Shown here: positions 1-10,417 of the stretch, one piece after another
Layout of the letters: each line of letters opens with the position of its first letter
Numbering within the stretch: position 1 is the first letter of the stretch
From: Deltaproteobacteria bacterium
GTDB lineage: Bacteria > Desulfobacterota > GWC2-55-46
Assembly (NCBI GenBank): GCA_016177845.1
Contig: JACOUO010000014.1
Coordinates: forward strand, 187,005 to 251,004
Direction: 5' to 3'
Length of the DNA: 64,000 nucleotides
Made by a program: the position numbers and the translations under genes
The notes under the pieces: model-generated
The model's input: the letters and a program-made list of their open reading frames with translations, nothing else
What the model was told of the DNA's origin: nothing
Databases searched by the model: none

Positions 1-1716
<1,716 letters not shown>

Positions 1717-1854
1717 TTATGGAAGCAGAAGATTATTTCAGACACTTGTCTAAAACTAACTCTACTACGAAAATAAAAGGTGTCAAGTAAGGGGGGATTT
1801 AAAGGGGAATTGCAATTATTTTAAATAAAAACTCACGCGGGGTGAGGGAAGAAA

Positions 1855-2225
1855 ATATTTAAGTTAGCTCAGTGCTGTTTTAATAACGCCCTTGGTATTT
1901 GCCTCACGAAAGGGGGCAGTCCAAAATCTTTGATACTGGATTCCCGATAGGGACATTCGGGAATGACAGCTTGATTAGAGGGAGGGAGAGAGCGGGGCAT
2001 CAGTATCTATTAGTGAAAAAACACGCGACAGCGAACGGAGCCAATGCCCCGAGGAGCGAACCCGCAGTTCGCAAAAGTAAATAAGCAAACCGCTTTCTTT
2101 AAGTTTATATCCGGTGGGCACATCCCACCCTTTGATACTGGATTCCCGATAGGGACATTCGGGAATGACAGCTTGATTAGAGGGAGGGAGAGAGCATTAT
2201 AGGGCGGGTTGGCCCACCGAACGGC
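1855..2225. repeat. mosaic intergenic repeat block (modules A, B, C-tail and D)
   Basis: The ~76-bp unit tactggattcccgatagggacattcgggaatgacagcttgattagagggagggagagagc occurs twice (1937-1996 and 2134-2205). Between them is a B-module copy (ttgcgaactgcgggttcgctcctcggggcattggctccgttcgctgtcgcgtg, reverse-complement orientation). A ggtgggcacatcccacc palindrome is at 2113-2130. A fragment of module C (gctcagtgctgttttaa) is at 1866-1885. Confidence 0.8.
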
Positions 2226-2230
2226 ATTTT

Positions 2231-3613
2231 TTATAAAGTTACTTCATCCCCGTTTTGGGGCCTGTGTATCTTGAATCCGTATTGCTTCTGTATCAACTCT
2301 CCAAGCTTGTCAGCTGCTTCGTCCTCTCCGTGCACAAGGAATATCTCCGGGGAGTTGGTGAAGGCGGAAAGCCATCCTATAAGCTCTTCCTGCCCTGCGT
2401 GGGCTGAAAAGCCGTTTATGGTGTAAACGGAAGACCTTACGACGACCTCTTCACCCAGCACGCTCACTGATTTTGCCCCGTCAACTATCTTTCTTCCAAG
2501 GGTGTTCTGTGCCTGATAGCCTACGAAGATGATGCTGCATTCAGACCTCCAGAGGTTGTGCTTGAGATGGTGCTTTATCCTGCCGCCTTCGCACATACCG
2601 CTTCCGGCAATCACGATGCAGCCTGAGCGGAGTTTATTGAGCTTCATCGATTCCTCAGGCGTGCGCACGAAGTGCAGTCTGACGGTAGAGTCGGAATTTT
2701 TTGTGGTGAAGTACTTTGTCGCTTCCTCATCAAAACATTCGGGGTGGGAAACATAGATTTTTGTGACCTCTTCTGCAAGAGGGCTGTCAAGATAGACATC
2801 TATCCTGTAAAGCCTGCCCTCCCTTACAAGACCGTTGAGGATGTAGAGCAGGTCCTGCGTCCTGCCCACGGCGAAAGACGGGATATAGACATTTCCGCCT
2901 TTTTTAAAGGTCATCTTTATGGCGGCGACAAGCTCATCAATCGATTCTTTTAAGGGCTTGTGCGTCCTGTTGCCGTAAGTGGACTCCATTATCACATAAT
3001 CAGCGTCATCCGGCATTGACGGGTCTTTTATTATAGGATTGCCTTTTTTACCGATATCGCCAGAAAATATTATCTTTTTTTCCTTTTCGCTGTCCTGGAA
3101 CCACAGCTCAAGGGATGCGGAGCCAAGGATATGGCCGGCATCCACAAACCTGTACTTAACCCCGCTTCCAAGGTGAAAGACCTTATTGTATTGCTTTACA
3201 TCAAACTGGGGCAGTACATTTTCAACATCCTCTCCTGTATAGAGAGGCTCCACAGGCGCAAGCCCTGAGCGCATGCTCTTCCTTGTGTTCCACTCTGCGT
3301 CAGATTCCTGTATGCTTGCTGAATCGTATAACATCGGCTCAAGCAGGTCCCTTGTGGCAGGGGTGCTGAAAATCGTGCCCTTGAAGCCCTCTTTCATCAA
3401 TTTTGGGAGCAGTCCCGAATGGTCTATGTGTGCATGCGTTACGAAGATGAAATCGATCTCCGAGGGCACGAACGGGAAGTTGTTCCTGTTCATCTCATTG
3501 GAATTGTTGCCCTGGTGCATGCCGCATTCCACAAGGATTTTAAGCTTGTTTATCTCAAGATAATAACATGAGCCGGTAACAGTGCTTGCGCCGCCTACGA
3601 ATTTCAGTTTCAA
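2231..3613 (-). CDS. MBL-fold beta-CASP ribonuclease (RNase J / CPSF73-like RNA-metabolising metallo-beta-lactamase)
   Basis: HAHIDHSGLLP metal-binding motif, the beta-lactamase fold and a beta-CASP C-terminal region. The likely start is the TTG at 3613, preceded by AAGGAG and giving MKLKFVGG. An in-frame ATG at 3661 has no RBS. Confidence 0.8.
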   Translation of the reverse strand: MKLKFVGGASTVTGSCYYLEINKLKILVECGMHQGNNSNEMNRNNFPFVPSEIDFIFVTHAHIDHSGLLPKLMKEGFKGTIFSTPATRDLLEPMLYDSASIQESDAEWNTRKSMRSGLAPVEPLYTGEDVENVLPQFDVKQYNKVFHLGSGVKYRFVDAGHILGSASLELWFQDSEKEKKIIFSGDIGKKGNPIIKDPSMPDDADYVIMESTYGNRTHKPLKESIDELVAAIKMTFKKGGNVYIPSFAVGRTQDLLYILNGLVREGRLYRIDVYLDSPLAEEVTKIYVSHPECFDEEATKYFTTKNSDSTVRLHFVRTPEESMKLNKLRSGCIVIAGSGMCEGGRIKHHLKHNLWRSECSIIFVGYQAQNTLGRKIVDGAKSVSVLGEEVVVRSSVYTINGFSAHAGQEELIGWLSAFTNSPEIFLVHGEDEAADKLGELIQKQYGFKIHRPQNGDEVTL

Positions 3614-3828
3614 TTCGGGTCTCCTTGAAAGAGTATTCAATTGGGAAAAACAGTTTATCATAATGAGTTAGAAATTCAAAAAGGTAAAAACTTTAAATAA
3701 TTCAACATATTGCGACAAATTTGCCCCTTGCGGAGTTGACTGGATCCGAAATTGGTGTCCTAATTTATATAGGATTTCAGAAAATATAGATTTTTCGGTC
3801 TATCTGCCCGAAAGAGGAGGCTCGGTCG

Positions 3829-4017
3829 ATGTTGATGGAAGATGTCAGGGAAAAAGCTAAAACACTTGGAATCAAGACAGCAAGAAGGAAAAAAAACGAT
3901 TTGATCCGTGAGATACAGGCTGCGGAGGGCAACTTCCCATGCTTTGGCACTGCAACAGATTATTGTGACCAGTTTGAGTGCTGTTTCAGGGGTGACTGTT
4001 TAAACCCTGAGAATTAG
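3829..4017 (+). CDS. small protein: Rho-termination-factor-N-like (SAP-like) helix-hairpin followed by a Cys-rich tail
   Basis: Strong GAGGAGG RBS 8 nt upstream of the ATG. The N-terminus KAKTLGIKTARRKKNDLIREI resembles the Rho_N domain. The C-terminus CFGTATDYCDQFECCFRGDC has five Cys in 20 residues. Confidence 0.55.
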   Translation: MLMEDVREKAKTLGIKTARRKKNDLIREIQAAEGNFPCFGTATDYCDQFECCFRGDCLNPEN

Positions 4018-4200
4018 CAGGAAAGCTATTCCTTTATTTAACTCTGCAAGCGCGGCATTCGGCGGGCTTTTAATATTCATTAATATCCTTGCCCGATTCT
4101 CCGGGCCGCGCCAAGAAAATCCCTTTTCATAAGAAGAGGGATAGGGGCTCTCAGGCAGCCTTTTGTACCTGAGGGAAATAGAAAAATAAAGGAGGTTGCC

Positions 4201-4359
4201 ATGCCTACAGATCCTGTATGCAAAATGGAAATTGACAGGGAAGATGCTGAAGCGGAAGTTCAGTATCAGGGGAATAAGTATTATTTCTGCAGCGAAGAGT
4301 GCAAGGAAAGCTTCGACAGAAACCCTGAGCAGTATATCAGGAAGAGGAAGACTGCTTGA
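4201..4359 (+). CDS. YHS/TRASH-domain metal-binding protein (52 aa; below the ORF-track cutoff)
   Basis: AAGGAGG RBS 6 nt upstream of the ATG at 4201. The protein MPTDPVCKMEIDREDAEAEVQYQGNKYYFCSEECKESFDRNPEQY matches the YHS-domain pattern (PVCxM...YYFCSxxC). Confidence 0.7.
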   Translation: MPTDPVCKMEIDREDAEAEVQYQGNKYYFCSEECKESFDRNPEQYIRKRKTA

Positions 4360-4381
4360 TCAAGCGGCAAGATAAGCATTG

Positions 4382-4423
4382 AAAAAAAAGCCGGGTAAGG
4401 TAAAACCTTACCCGGCTTTTTTT
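4382..4423. terminator. bidirectional rho-independent terminator between convergent genes
   Basis: aaaaaaaag-GCCGGGTAAGG-taaaa-CCTTACCCGGC-ttttttt. A perfect 11-bp stem is flanked by an A-run on one side and a T-run on the other. Confidence 0.8.
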
Positions 4424-4473
4424 AGTTATATCACCGGATTGCGATAAGTGCTCCTGAGGAAAGTCCGAAGATA

Positions 4474-4953
4474 CTACACCGCATCAACGCTTTTTATCTC
4501 AGGCGCCGCTTTTTTAACAGCGGTCTCGACCCCAGCCTTAAGGGTCATACCGGCAGAAGGACAGCCTCCGCACGCACCCACGAGCCGCACCTTCACGGTT
4601 TTTTCAACATCATCTATATCCACAAGCTCTACATCTCCGCCGTCAGCCTGCAGAAAGGGCCTTACTTCATCAAGAGCGGCCTGAACCTTTCTCCTGAGCT
4701 CTTCTCCTGATGCCTCGGCCAATTTCAGTTTTGTGATATTTACAATCCAGTCAGGACCCTTGCTCACATATTCCCATGTATAAGTGTCCTTGAACTCGCC
4801 TTCAAACTGGTAATGCAGGGGCTTGGGGTCATGGTCATTTATAAGCTGGAGGACCTGTTCGGCTTCCATCCCGTCCCATGTGTCAAATATCCTCGGATGC
4901 CTTTCAAATACCGGTATTTCCCTCAGATCCAGCGTAATTATCTTCTCAGACAT
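4474..4953 (-). CDS. DUF2249 domain fused to an Nfu/NifU-C-type Fe-S domain
   Basis: The ATG at 4953 is preceded by GGAGG. The N-terminal half (LDLREIPVFERHPRIFDTW...) matches the DUF2249 pattern. The C-terminal half (VELVDIDDVEKTVKVRLVGACGGCPSAGMTLK) is the Nfu-type CxxC domain. Confidence 0.75.
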   Translation of the reverse strand: MSEKIITLDLREIPVFERHPRIFDTWDGMEAEQVLQLINDHDPKPLHYQFEGEFKDTYTWEYVSKGPDWIVNITKLKLAEASGEELRRKVQAALDEVRPFLQADGGDVELVDIDDVEKTVKVRLVGACGGCPSAGMTLKAGVETAVKKAAPEIKSVDAV

Positions 4954-5067
4954 ATAAATCCTCCTGTTCCTTTTCAAAGTCAGTTAAATTATACCATAGC
5001 GCATACGGTACTCTATGATTTATATCAGTTTTCAGGCTTTATTGAAATGAAGAAAAGGGGAGGGCGC

Positions 5068-6468
5068 TCAGGCGATTAGCCCTTCGATGGGGATACCGAA
5101 GGCTTCGGGGCCTTTTGCTCCGATAATAGACCTTGACGGGTCGTTTACAAGATCAAGCTCAAAGGGGCTTTCCAAAGATTTTTTATCTTTTCCGCATACT
5201 ATCAGGAGCATTGGCTGGAGCGGATAAGCCCTGTTGAGCATCTTAACAATGCCGACTTCGCCCGTATTGAGCTCAACAAGGGCGCCTATAGGGTAAATTC
5301 CAAGGCATTTTATAAGCCTCTCCACAATTTCCGGGTCAAGGTGCGTCTCCCGCATAAGGTAGATTTTTTTAAGGGCATCTTCAGGTAGTATCCCGTTTTG
5401 ATAGACCCTGTTGCTTGTCATCGCGTCATAGACATCGGCAACTGCCGCAATACGGGCAAACTTATGTATTTCAGTGCCCGGTATGTGGTACTGGTATCCG
5501 CTTCCGTCGTATCTTTCATGGTGCTGCAGCGGCACAAACCTTGAACTGTCGTTTATATCCTTGGTTTTAAAGAGGATTTCAGCCCCGAAGTCAGTATGGC
5601 GTTTTATCTCCTCAAATTCATTCTCTGTGAGCCGGCCGGGCTTTTTGAGTATCATCTCAGGCACGAGCATCTTTCCTATGTCATGGAGTATCGCTCCGAC
5701 CCCGAGATTATGCAGTTCATCCTTGGACAGTCCCATGCTCCTGCCAAGGGTTACGGAAAGTATGCAGACATTGACCGAATGGGCAAAGGTATAATCATCA
5801 AAGCTTTTCAGACGGGAAAGGGTTGTAAGCGCGTCCTGGTTCCTGAAGATGCTGTCAACCATTTTGCCGACGCTATTATGGACTTTATCCGTTTTGATGT
5901 CCCCGCCGAGCTTTACAGCGGTTAAGAACTCTCTGGCAAGGCCTTCAGCCTCGTTTCTAATCTTTTTGGCCTCTCTCAGCTCTTCCTTATATTCTTCCCT
6001 CTGTTCTGCTATCGACTTTTCAGCAGATAATTCAGGCTTGCCCTCTTCAGGTTCAGCATATACTATCGGTGAGGGGTTTTCTGTCTCTGAAATTTCCTCG
6101 ACAGCCTCTGTGTCGATTACAGCAGCTTCGACTTCATTTTCGGATACTTCCTCAACAGGGCTCAACTCAACTTCAGCCTCTTCCACTGCTTCGCCTGCCT
6201 CTTCGAGAACCTCTGCGGCAGGTTCAGGTTTTGGGGGAGTGAACTCAACGACTTCGGCCTTTTTAACTGCTCTCAGAATAACAGGCGGCTTGGCTGCCTC
6301 CATATCAATATGGGCATACCTGTACCCGTCCCTTTTGAAGCGTTCAATGTCCTCAGAGCTCTTGATTTTGATATTATTCATGAAAAATATGCCTGCGGAG
6401 CCTTCTTTTTCAAGGCCGCTGACATACATCCCGATCTCAAGCTCGTCTATGGCAATCTTTTTAATCAT
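5068..6468 (-). CDS. HD-GYP domain cyclic-di-GMP phosphodiesterase with a DUF3391-like N-terminus and a Glu-rich linker
   Basis: HDIGKMLVP ... HHERYDGSGY(Q) HD-GYP signature. The start is taken as the ATG at 6468 (MIKKIAIDEL). The ORF-track start at 6501 is TTG without an RBS. Confidence 0.8.
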   Translation of the reverse strand: MIKKIAIDELEIGMYVSGLEKEGSAGIFFMNNIKIKSSEDIERFKRDGYRYAHIDMEAAKPPVILRAVKKAEVVEFTPPKPEPAAEVLEEAGEAVEEAEVELSPVEEVSENEVEAAVIDTEAVEEISETENPSPIVYAEPEEGKPELSAEKSIAEQREEYKEELREAKKIRNEAEGLAREFLTAVKLGGDIKTDKVHNSVGKMVDSIFRNQDALTTLSRLKSFDDYTFAHSVNVCILSVTLGRSMGLSKDELHNLGVGAILHDIGKMLVPEMILKKPGRLTENEFEEIKRHTDFGAEILFKTKDINDSSRFVPLQHHERYDGSGYQYHIPGTEIHKFARIAAVADVYDAMTSNRVYQNGILPEDALKKIYLMRETHLDPEIVERLIKCLGIYPIGALVELNTGEVGIVKMLNRAYPLQPMLLIVCGKDKKSLESPFELDLVNDPSRSIIGAKGPEAFGIPIEGLIA

Positions 6469-6666
6469 ATGTACTCTTTCAGGACTATTTCGAAAATACA
6501 ACGCATATAGACTAATCGGCAGAAACTGACTAAAACTTTAGTTTAAAAAAGTAAAGGAAAAACAAAGGGTTCCGTGCAGGTGAATTGACATAATCGAGAA
6601 CCGGACTATACTCAAAAATATGCCGGAAGAGGATAGTGTTTTGCCCTAAGGAAAGGAGAAGGAACT

Positions 6667-6957
6667 ATGGCTATAAACATGCCTAAGATATTAAGCTGTA
6701 CTGTTACGGAATGCGCCTATAACATAAAAAACGAATGCCACACAATGGCCATCACCGTAGGCGACGGAGGCCATGCCGCATGTGATACTTATTACAGGGC
6801 ACCGAACAAAGGCGGGGCGGACATCATTGGAGGAGTGGGCGCATGCAAGGCGCATGAATGCAAGTACAACAAGCTTTATGAATGTTTTGCTCCGGGTATC
6901 ACGGTTGCGCACCACAGCGAGCATGCAGACTGCAAGACCTTTACTCCCAGAGGTTAA
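6667..6957 (+). CDS. DUF1540 domain Cys-rich protein
   Basis: GGAAAGGAGAAGG RBS. Repeated CxY/HxC pattern (SCTVTECAYNIKNECHT ... GACKAHECKYNKLYEC) typical of DUF1540. Confidence 0.7.
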   Translation: MAINMPKILSCTVTECAYNIKNECHTMAITVGDGGHAACDTYYRAPNKGGADIIGGVGACKAHECKYNKLYECFAPGITVAHHSEHADCKTFTPRG

Positions 6958-7079
6958 TCTTACATGCCGTCTGACAAGGAACATTGTAAAAAAATCAGCT
7001 ATCCTCCTTCCGGCATCTTTAATCACTCAGAACCAGAAACTCTTTAAGTCTGTTTTTCGTGCACTAAGAAAGGGGTTGC

Positions 7080-7463
7080 ATGGATTATCAGAACTTCATC
7101 AGGGAAGTCAACAGGCTTGGTTTTATCAGGGCTAATCCTGTGAAAGCTGATGCCGGGGTGAAGGCTGTACTTGGTATTCTCGCAAGCATGATGGAAGAGC
7201 CTGATGCCAGACAGCTTACCGAAAGGCTTCCTGAGCCGTTGACTTTTGAAAAGCTATACGGACATCAGGCCAATATCAAAAGGATATCAGCGGACCAATA
7301 CATAGAAGAGATAAGGGAGCAGCTTAATCTGAAGTCTGATGAGGCAAGGGAATTCATAAGAACTGTTTTACATATTACAAGAGAGATGCTTGGGAACGGC
7401 CTTCTGATAGAGCTTGGGAAAAAGCTTCCGTCTGACTGGAAAGAGATTATATTGAGCTCCTGA
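7080..7463 (+). CDS. DUF2267 domain protein
   Basis: The two-repeat architecture and conserved motifs of DUF2267 (FIREV..., EKLYGHQ...). It follows the DUF1540 gene in the same orientation. Confidence 0.65.
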   Translation: MDYQNFIREVNRLGFIRANPVKADAGVKAVLGILASMMEEPDARQLTERLPEPLTFEKLYGHQANIKRISADQYIEEIREQLNLKSDEAREFIRTVLHITREMLGNGLLIELGKKLPSDWKEIILSS

Positions 7464-7505
7464 CCTTCCTTTTATCAGTAAACTTTTTTTTGACAAGACC
7501 TTGGG

Positions 7506-8312
7506 ATGGGTGATATAGGAAGGACTATGGAGAGGATTATCACCCTTACAACTGATTTCGGCCTTAAAGACCCTTACCAGGGTGCAATGAAAGGGGCCGT
7601 CCTTTCAATAAATCCTAAAGCAAAACTAATCGACATAACACACCTTGTCTCGCCCGGAAATATCCTTGAGGGCGCGCTTATACTCCTTGACGCGTATGAA
7701 TTTTTCCCTGAAGGCGTCATTCACGCGGGGGTAGTTGACCCGGGTGTCGGAGGCGCGCGCAAACCCATTCTTATTGAGACAAAAAGGCATTTTTTCATCG
7801 GGCCTGACAATGGGCTTTTCAGCCTTATAGCTCAAAGGGAAGAGGTCAGGCGAGTAGTCCATCTCACCAATCAAAAATATTTCCGTAAAGATATCAGCGC
7901 CACCTTTCACGGAAGGGACATCTTCGGTCCTGTTGCCGCCCATCTAAGCCTTGGGGTTGACCCTGCCTTATTCGGGGAGGAGATAAAATCCCTGCAATCA
8001 ATAGAGATGCCTCAGCCCGTAAAAGAAGGCGGGCAGATAATTGGAGAGGTCATCTATGTGGACTCCTTCGGCAATCTTCTTACCAATATCAAAAGGTCTG
8101 ATATCTTGTCGTGTGGGGAAAATATTGAGGTCTCCATAAAAGGAGTCAGTTTAAAAGGCATACGGAATACTTACAGTTCGGCTGAAAAGGGGGCGGTAAT
8201 TGCATTGATAAGCAGTTCAAACCATCTTGAAATAGCAGTAAATTCAGGCATGGCCTCAAAGATAATTGGGGCTGAAGTCGGCGAAAGGGTTTTGGTCAAG
8301 GTAAGCAGATGA
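7506..8312 (+). CDS. SAM hydroxide adenosyltransferase family protein (DUF62; chlorinase/fluorinase-like)
   Basis: The N-terminal LTTDFGLKDPYQGAMKG and DxxHLVSPGN motifs are typical of the SAM hydroxide adenosyltransferase family. The stop overlaps the dtd start (ATGA). Confidence 0.8.
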   Translation: MGDIGRTMERIITLTTDFGLKDPYQGAMKGAVLSINPKAKLIDITHLVSPGNILEGALILLDAYEFFPEGVIHAGVVDPGVGGARKPILIETKRHFFIGPDNGLFSLIAQREEVRRVVHLTNQKYFRKDISATFHGRDIFGPVAAHLSLGVDPALFGEEIKSLQSIEMPQPVKEGGQIIGEVIYVDSFGNLLTNIKRSDILSCGENIEVSIKGVSLKGIRNTYSSAEKGAVIALISSSNHLEIAVNSGMASKIIGAEVGERVLVKVSR

Positions 8313-8758
8313 GGGCAGTCGTGCAAAGGGTTAAAAGAGCAGAGGTCAGGGTGGATGATAGGATAGTGGGGGCTGTCTCAAAAGGCTTTCTTGTCTATCT
8401 TGGGGTTGAGAAAGGAGACAGCTTATCTGACCTTGAATATATCTCAACAAAGCTTGAGAACCTGAGGGTGTTTGAGGACTCAAACGGCAAGATGAATCTT
8501 GACCTCAAAGAGGCAGAAGGAGAGCTTCTGATAGTCTCTCAGTTTACGCTTGCCGGAGATGTAAGAAAAGGAAGACGGCCATCTTTTGATAAGGCTGAGG
8601 CGCCCGAAAGGGCAAAAGAGCTTTATGAAGCGATTATAAATAATCTTAGAGGCAAGGGCTTTAAAGTGGAAAAAGGGGAATTTCAGGCTCACATGGAAGT
8701 GGAGAGTATAAATGACGGGCCTGTGACCTTGTTGCTGGACAGCAGGAAGGTTTTTTAG
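8309..8758 (+). CDS. dtd: D-aminoacyl-tRNA deacylase
   Basis: 149 aa. MRAVVQRV ... SQFTLAGD Dtd signature. Translationally coupled to the upstream gene. Confidence 0.9.
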   Translation: MRAVVQRVKRAEVRVDDRIVGAVSKGFLVYLGVEKGDSLSDLEYISTKLENLRVFEDSNGKMNLDLKEAEGELLIVSQFTLAGDVRKGRRPSFDKAEAPERAKELYEAIINNLRGKGFKVEKGEFQAHMEVESINDGPVTLLLDSRKVF

Positions 8759-8759
8759 G

Positions 8760-9735
8760 GTCTGATTTATATAACCCCTCACCCCAGCCCTCTCCATAGG
8801 TCTGAAATCAACTAACACCCCTAATTAAACCGTCATTCCCGAATGTCTTAATCGGGAATCCGGTATTTAGAGTAATTGTAGGGCGCGGGCTATGCCTGCC
8901 GTGGTGCTAATTTTCTTTTGCGAACAGCGGGTTCGCTCCTCGGGCGTTGGACTCTGTTCGCTGTCGAGTTCGTTCGCTAATAGATACTGACGCTCGCTCT
9001 CGCCCTCCTTCTAATCAAGCCGTCATTCCCGAATGTCTCTATCGGGAATCCAGTATTAAAGATTTTGGACTGTTCCCTTTCATTGGGAAAATACCAAAGT
9101 TCGTCATTGTGAGTCAGTGCCTTTTTTACTTTTGCGAACAGCGGGTTCGCTCCTCGGGGCATTGGACTCTGTTCGCTGTCAGGCTCATTCGCAATAGATT
9201 TCGAACTCTCTCGCTCTCTCCCTAATCAAGCCGTCATTCCCGAATGTCTCTATCGAACTGCGGGTTCGCTCCTCGGGGCATTGGACTCTGCTCGCTGTCA
9301 GGCTCATTCGCAAAAAATACCGATACCCGCTCTCTCCCTCTCCTTTATGCTCTCTGCGCAATGCCCCTTGGTGTGGTGTTTTAAAACAAAATTCAAAACA
9401 GAACAGAAAAAGAATTTTTTTTATTCTTTGTTTTTTAAAAACCCCGAGGGCGCAAATGGCGAAGCATCCCCTAAGGGAGGCAGGGCGAGCGAGCCGAGGC
9501 TGCGGGAGCGCAAGCGACTTAAGAGGCGAAGCAAGCGGATTGGGGAGGAGCGGGATGGCGAGCCATTCGCCCGAAAAAGCCCGGCAGGGCGTTAAAGTTA
9601 AAACAGCACTGAGCTGGCTGTAATACTCTTCTCAATCTGAGCTTTTCTGCTGCGCAATGCCCTTGGTGTATTTTAAAAAAACAAAAATACCAAAAAAATT
9701 CACTCCTGATGGTGAATATGGAGAGAGGGAGAATC
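8760..9735. repeat. mosaic intergenic repeat block (~1 kb)
   Basis: Three copies each of module A (cctaatcaagccgtcattcccgaatgtctctatcgggaatccagtatt; 8818-8870, 9013-9062, 9222-9256) and module B (ttttgcgaacagcgggttcgctcctcggggcattggactctgttcgctgtc; 8914-, 9122-, 9255-). One full ~185-bp module C (9435-9625). Module F (ctctgcgcaatgccccttggtgtggtgttttaaaaca; 9350- and 9645-). ORF-track entries here are artefacts of the repeats. Confidence 0.85.
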
Positions 9736-9757
9736 TCACTGCGGGATTAAAACTATT

Positions 9758-10417
9758 CTATTTGGAGCCTGCCTTAATTTTCTTATAGATGAACGGAATG
9801 AGGGAGACTATGACCACAAGCGCGAGCCCAACAATAAACTCCTTTGAGATTTTTCCTTTAAATACATCGAGTATGGAACTTGAAAATATGACAAAGGGGA
9901 CTACCGCAGGGGCTATGAATATAAAAGTTGCCAGGGCGTAATGGCTGAACTTGATATTTGTGAGCCCGAATGCGTAATTAAGGATATTAAACGGGAAAAG
10001 GGGTATCAGCCTTGTAAAAGCTACTATCTTCCAGCCCTGCTCTTCTACTTTTTTATCAAGCTCTTTTAACCTCCCCCCCTTCATTTTCGCCTCCACCCAA
10101 TCCCTGCCAAGGTATCTCGCAATCAGAAATGCAAGGGATGCCCCAAGTGTCGCTCCTATCATCACATAGACAGTGCCCCACAAAGGCCCGAAAAGAATAC
10201 CCCCCGCGACAGTAATAGGAAGGCCCGGCAGCATCAGCCCTGTTCCCATAATGTAAATGAGTATGTAGACTATCGGGCCCCAGCCGCCAAAATTATCTAT
10301 CCACCCCCTGAGCCTATCCTGGTCAAGATATTGCTCAAGCCCAAGCGCCCTGACCGAGATGAATGCCGCGAGTATGAATATTATGAATATCAGGAATTTT
10401 ATCGAGCCGCTTCGCAT
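9758..10417 (-). CDS. DedA/TVP38/TMEM64 family membrane protein
   Basis: Polytopic membrane protein with the DedA signature region (GxxxFGPLWG..., RLIPLFPFN). TAATG overlap with the upstream oxidoreductase gene. Confidence 0.8.
   Translation of the reverse strand: MRSGSIKFLIFIIFILAAFISVRALGLEQYLDQDRLRGWIDNFGGWGPIVYILIYIMGTGLMLPGLPITVAGGILFGPLWGTVYVMIGATLGASLAFLIARYLGRDWVEAKMKGGRLKELDKKVEEQGWKIVAFTRLIPLFPFNILNYAFGLTNIKFSHYALATFIFIAPAVVPFVIFSSSILDVFKGKISKEFIVGLALVVIVSLIPFIYKKIKAGSK

Noticed and set aside
5849-6529. 226-aa Ser/Thr-rich plus-strand ORF
   Set aside because: It is antisense to the Glu-rich linker of the HD-GYP gene, a GA/CT-rich artefact.
6691-7135. ORFs 6691..7026 (minus) and 6773..7135 (plus) overlapping the DUF1540 gene
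   Set aside because: They are alternative frames of a Cys-codon-rich gene. The DUF1540 frame has the RBS and the family motif.
8947-9595. ORF-track entries 8947..9225, 8977..9162, 9281..9595 (and analogous 23657..23863, 54022..54237, 54370..54672, 14077..14292, 1899..2084)
   Set aside because: They lie wholly inside mosaic repeat modules, have no RBS, and are low-complexity. They are treated as non-coding repeat sequence. The conserved peptide in module C is noted as a finding instead.
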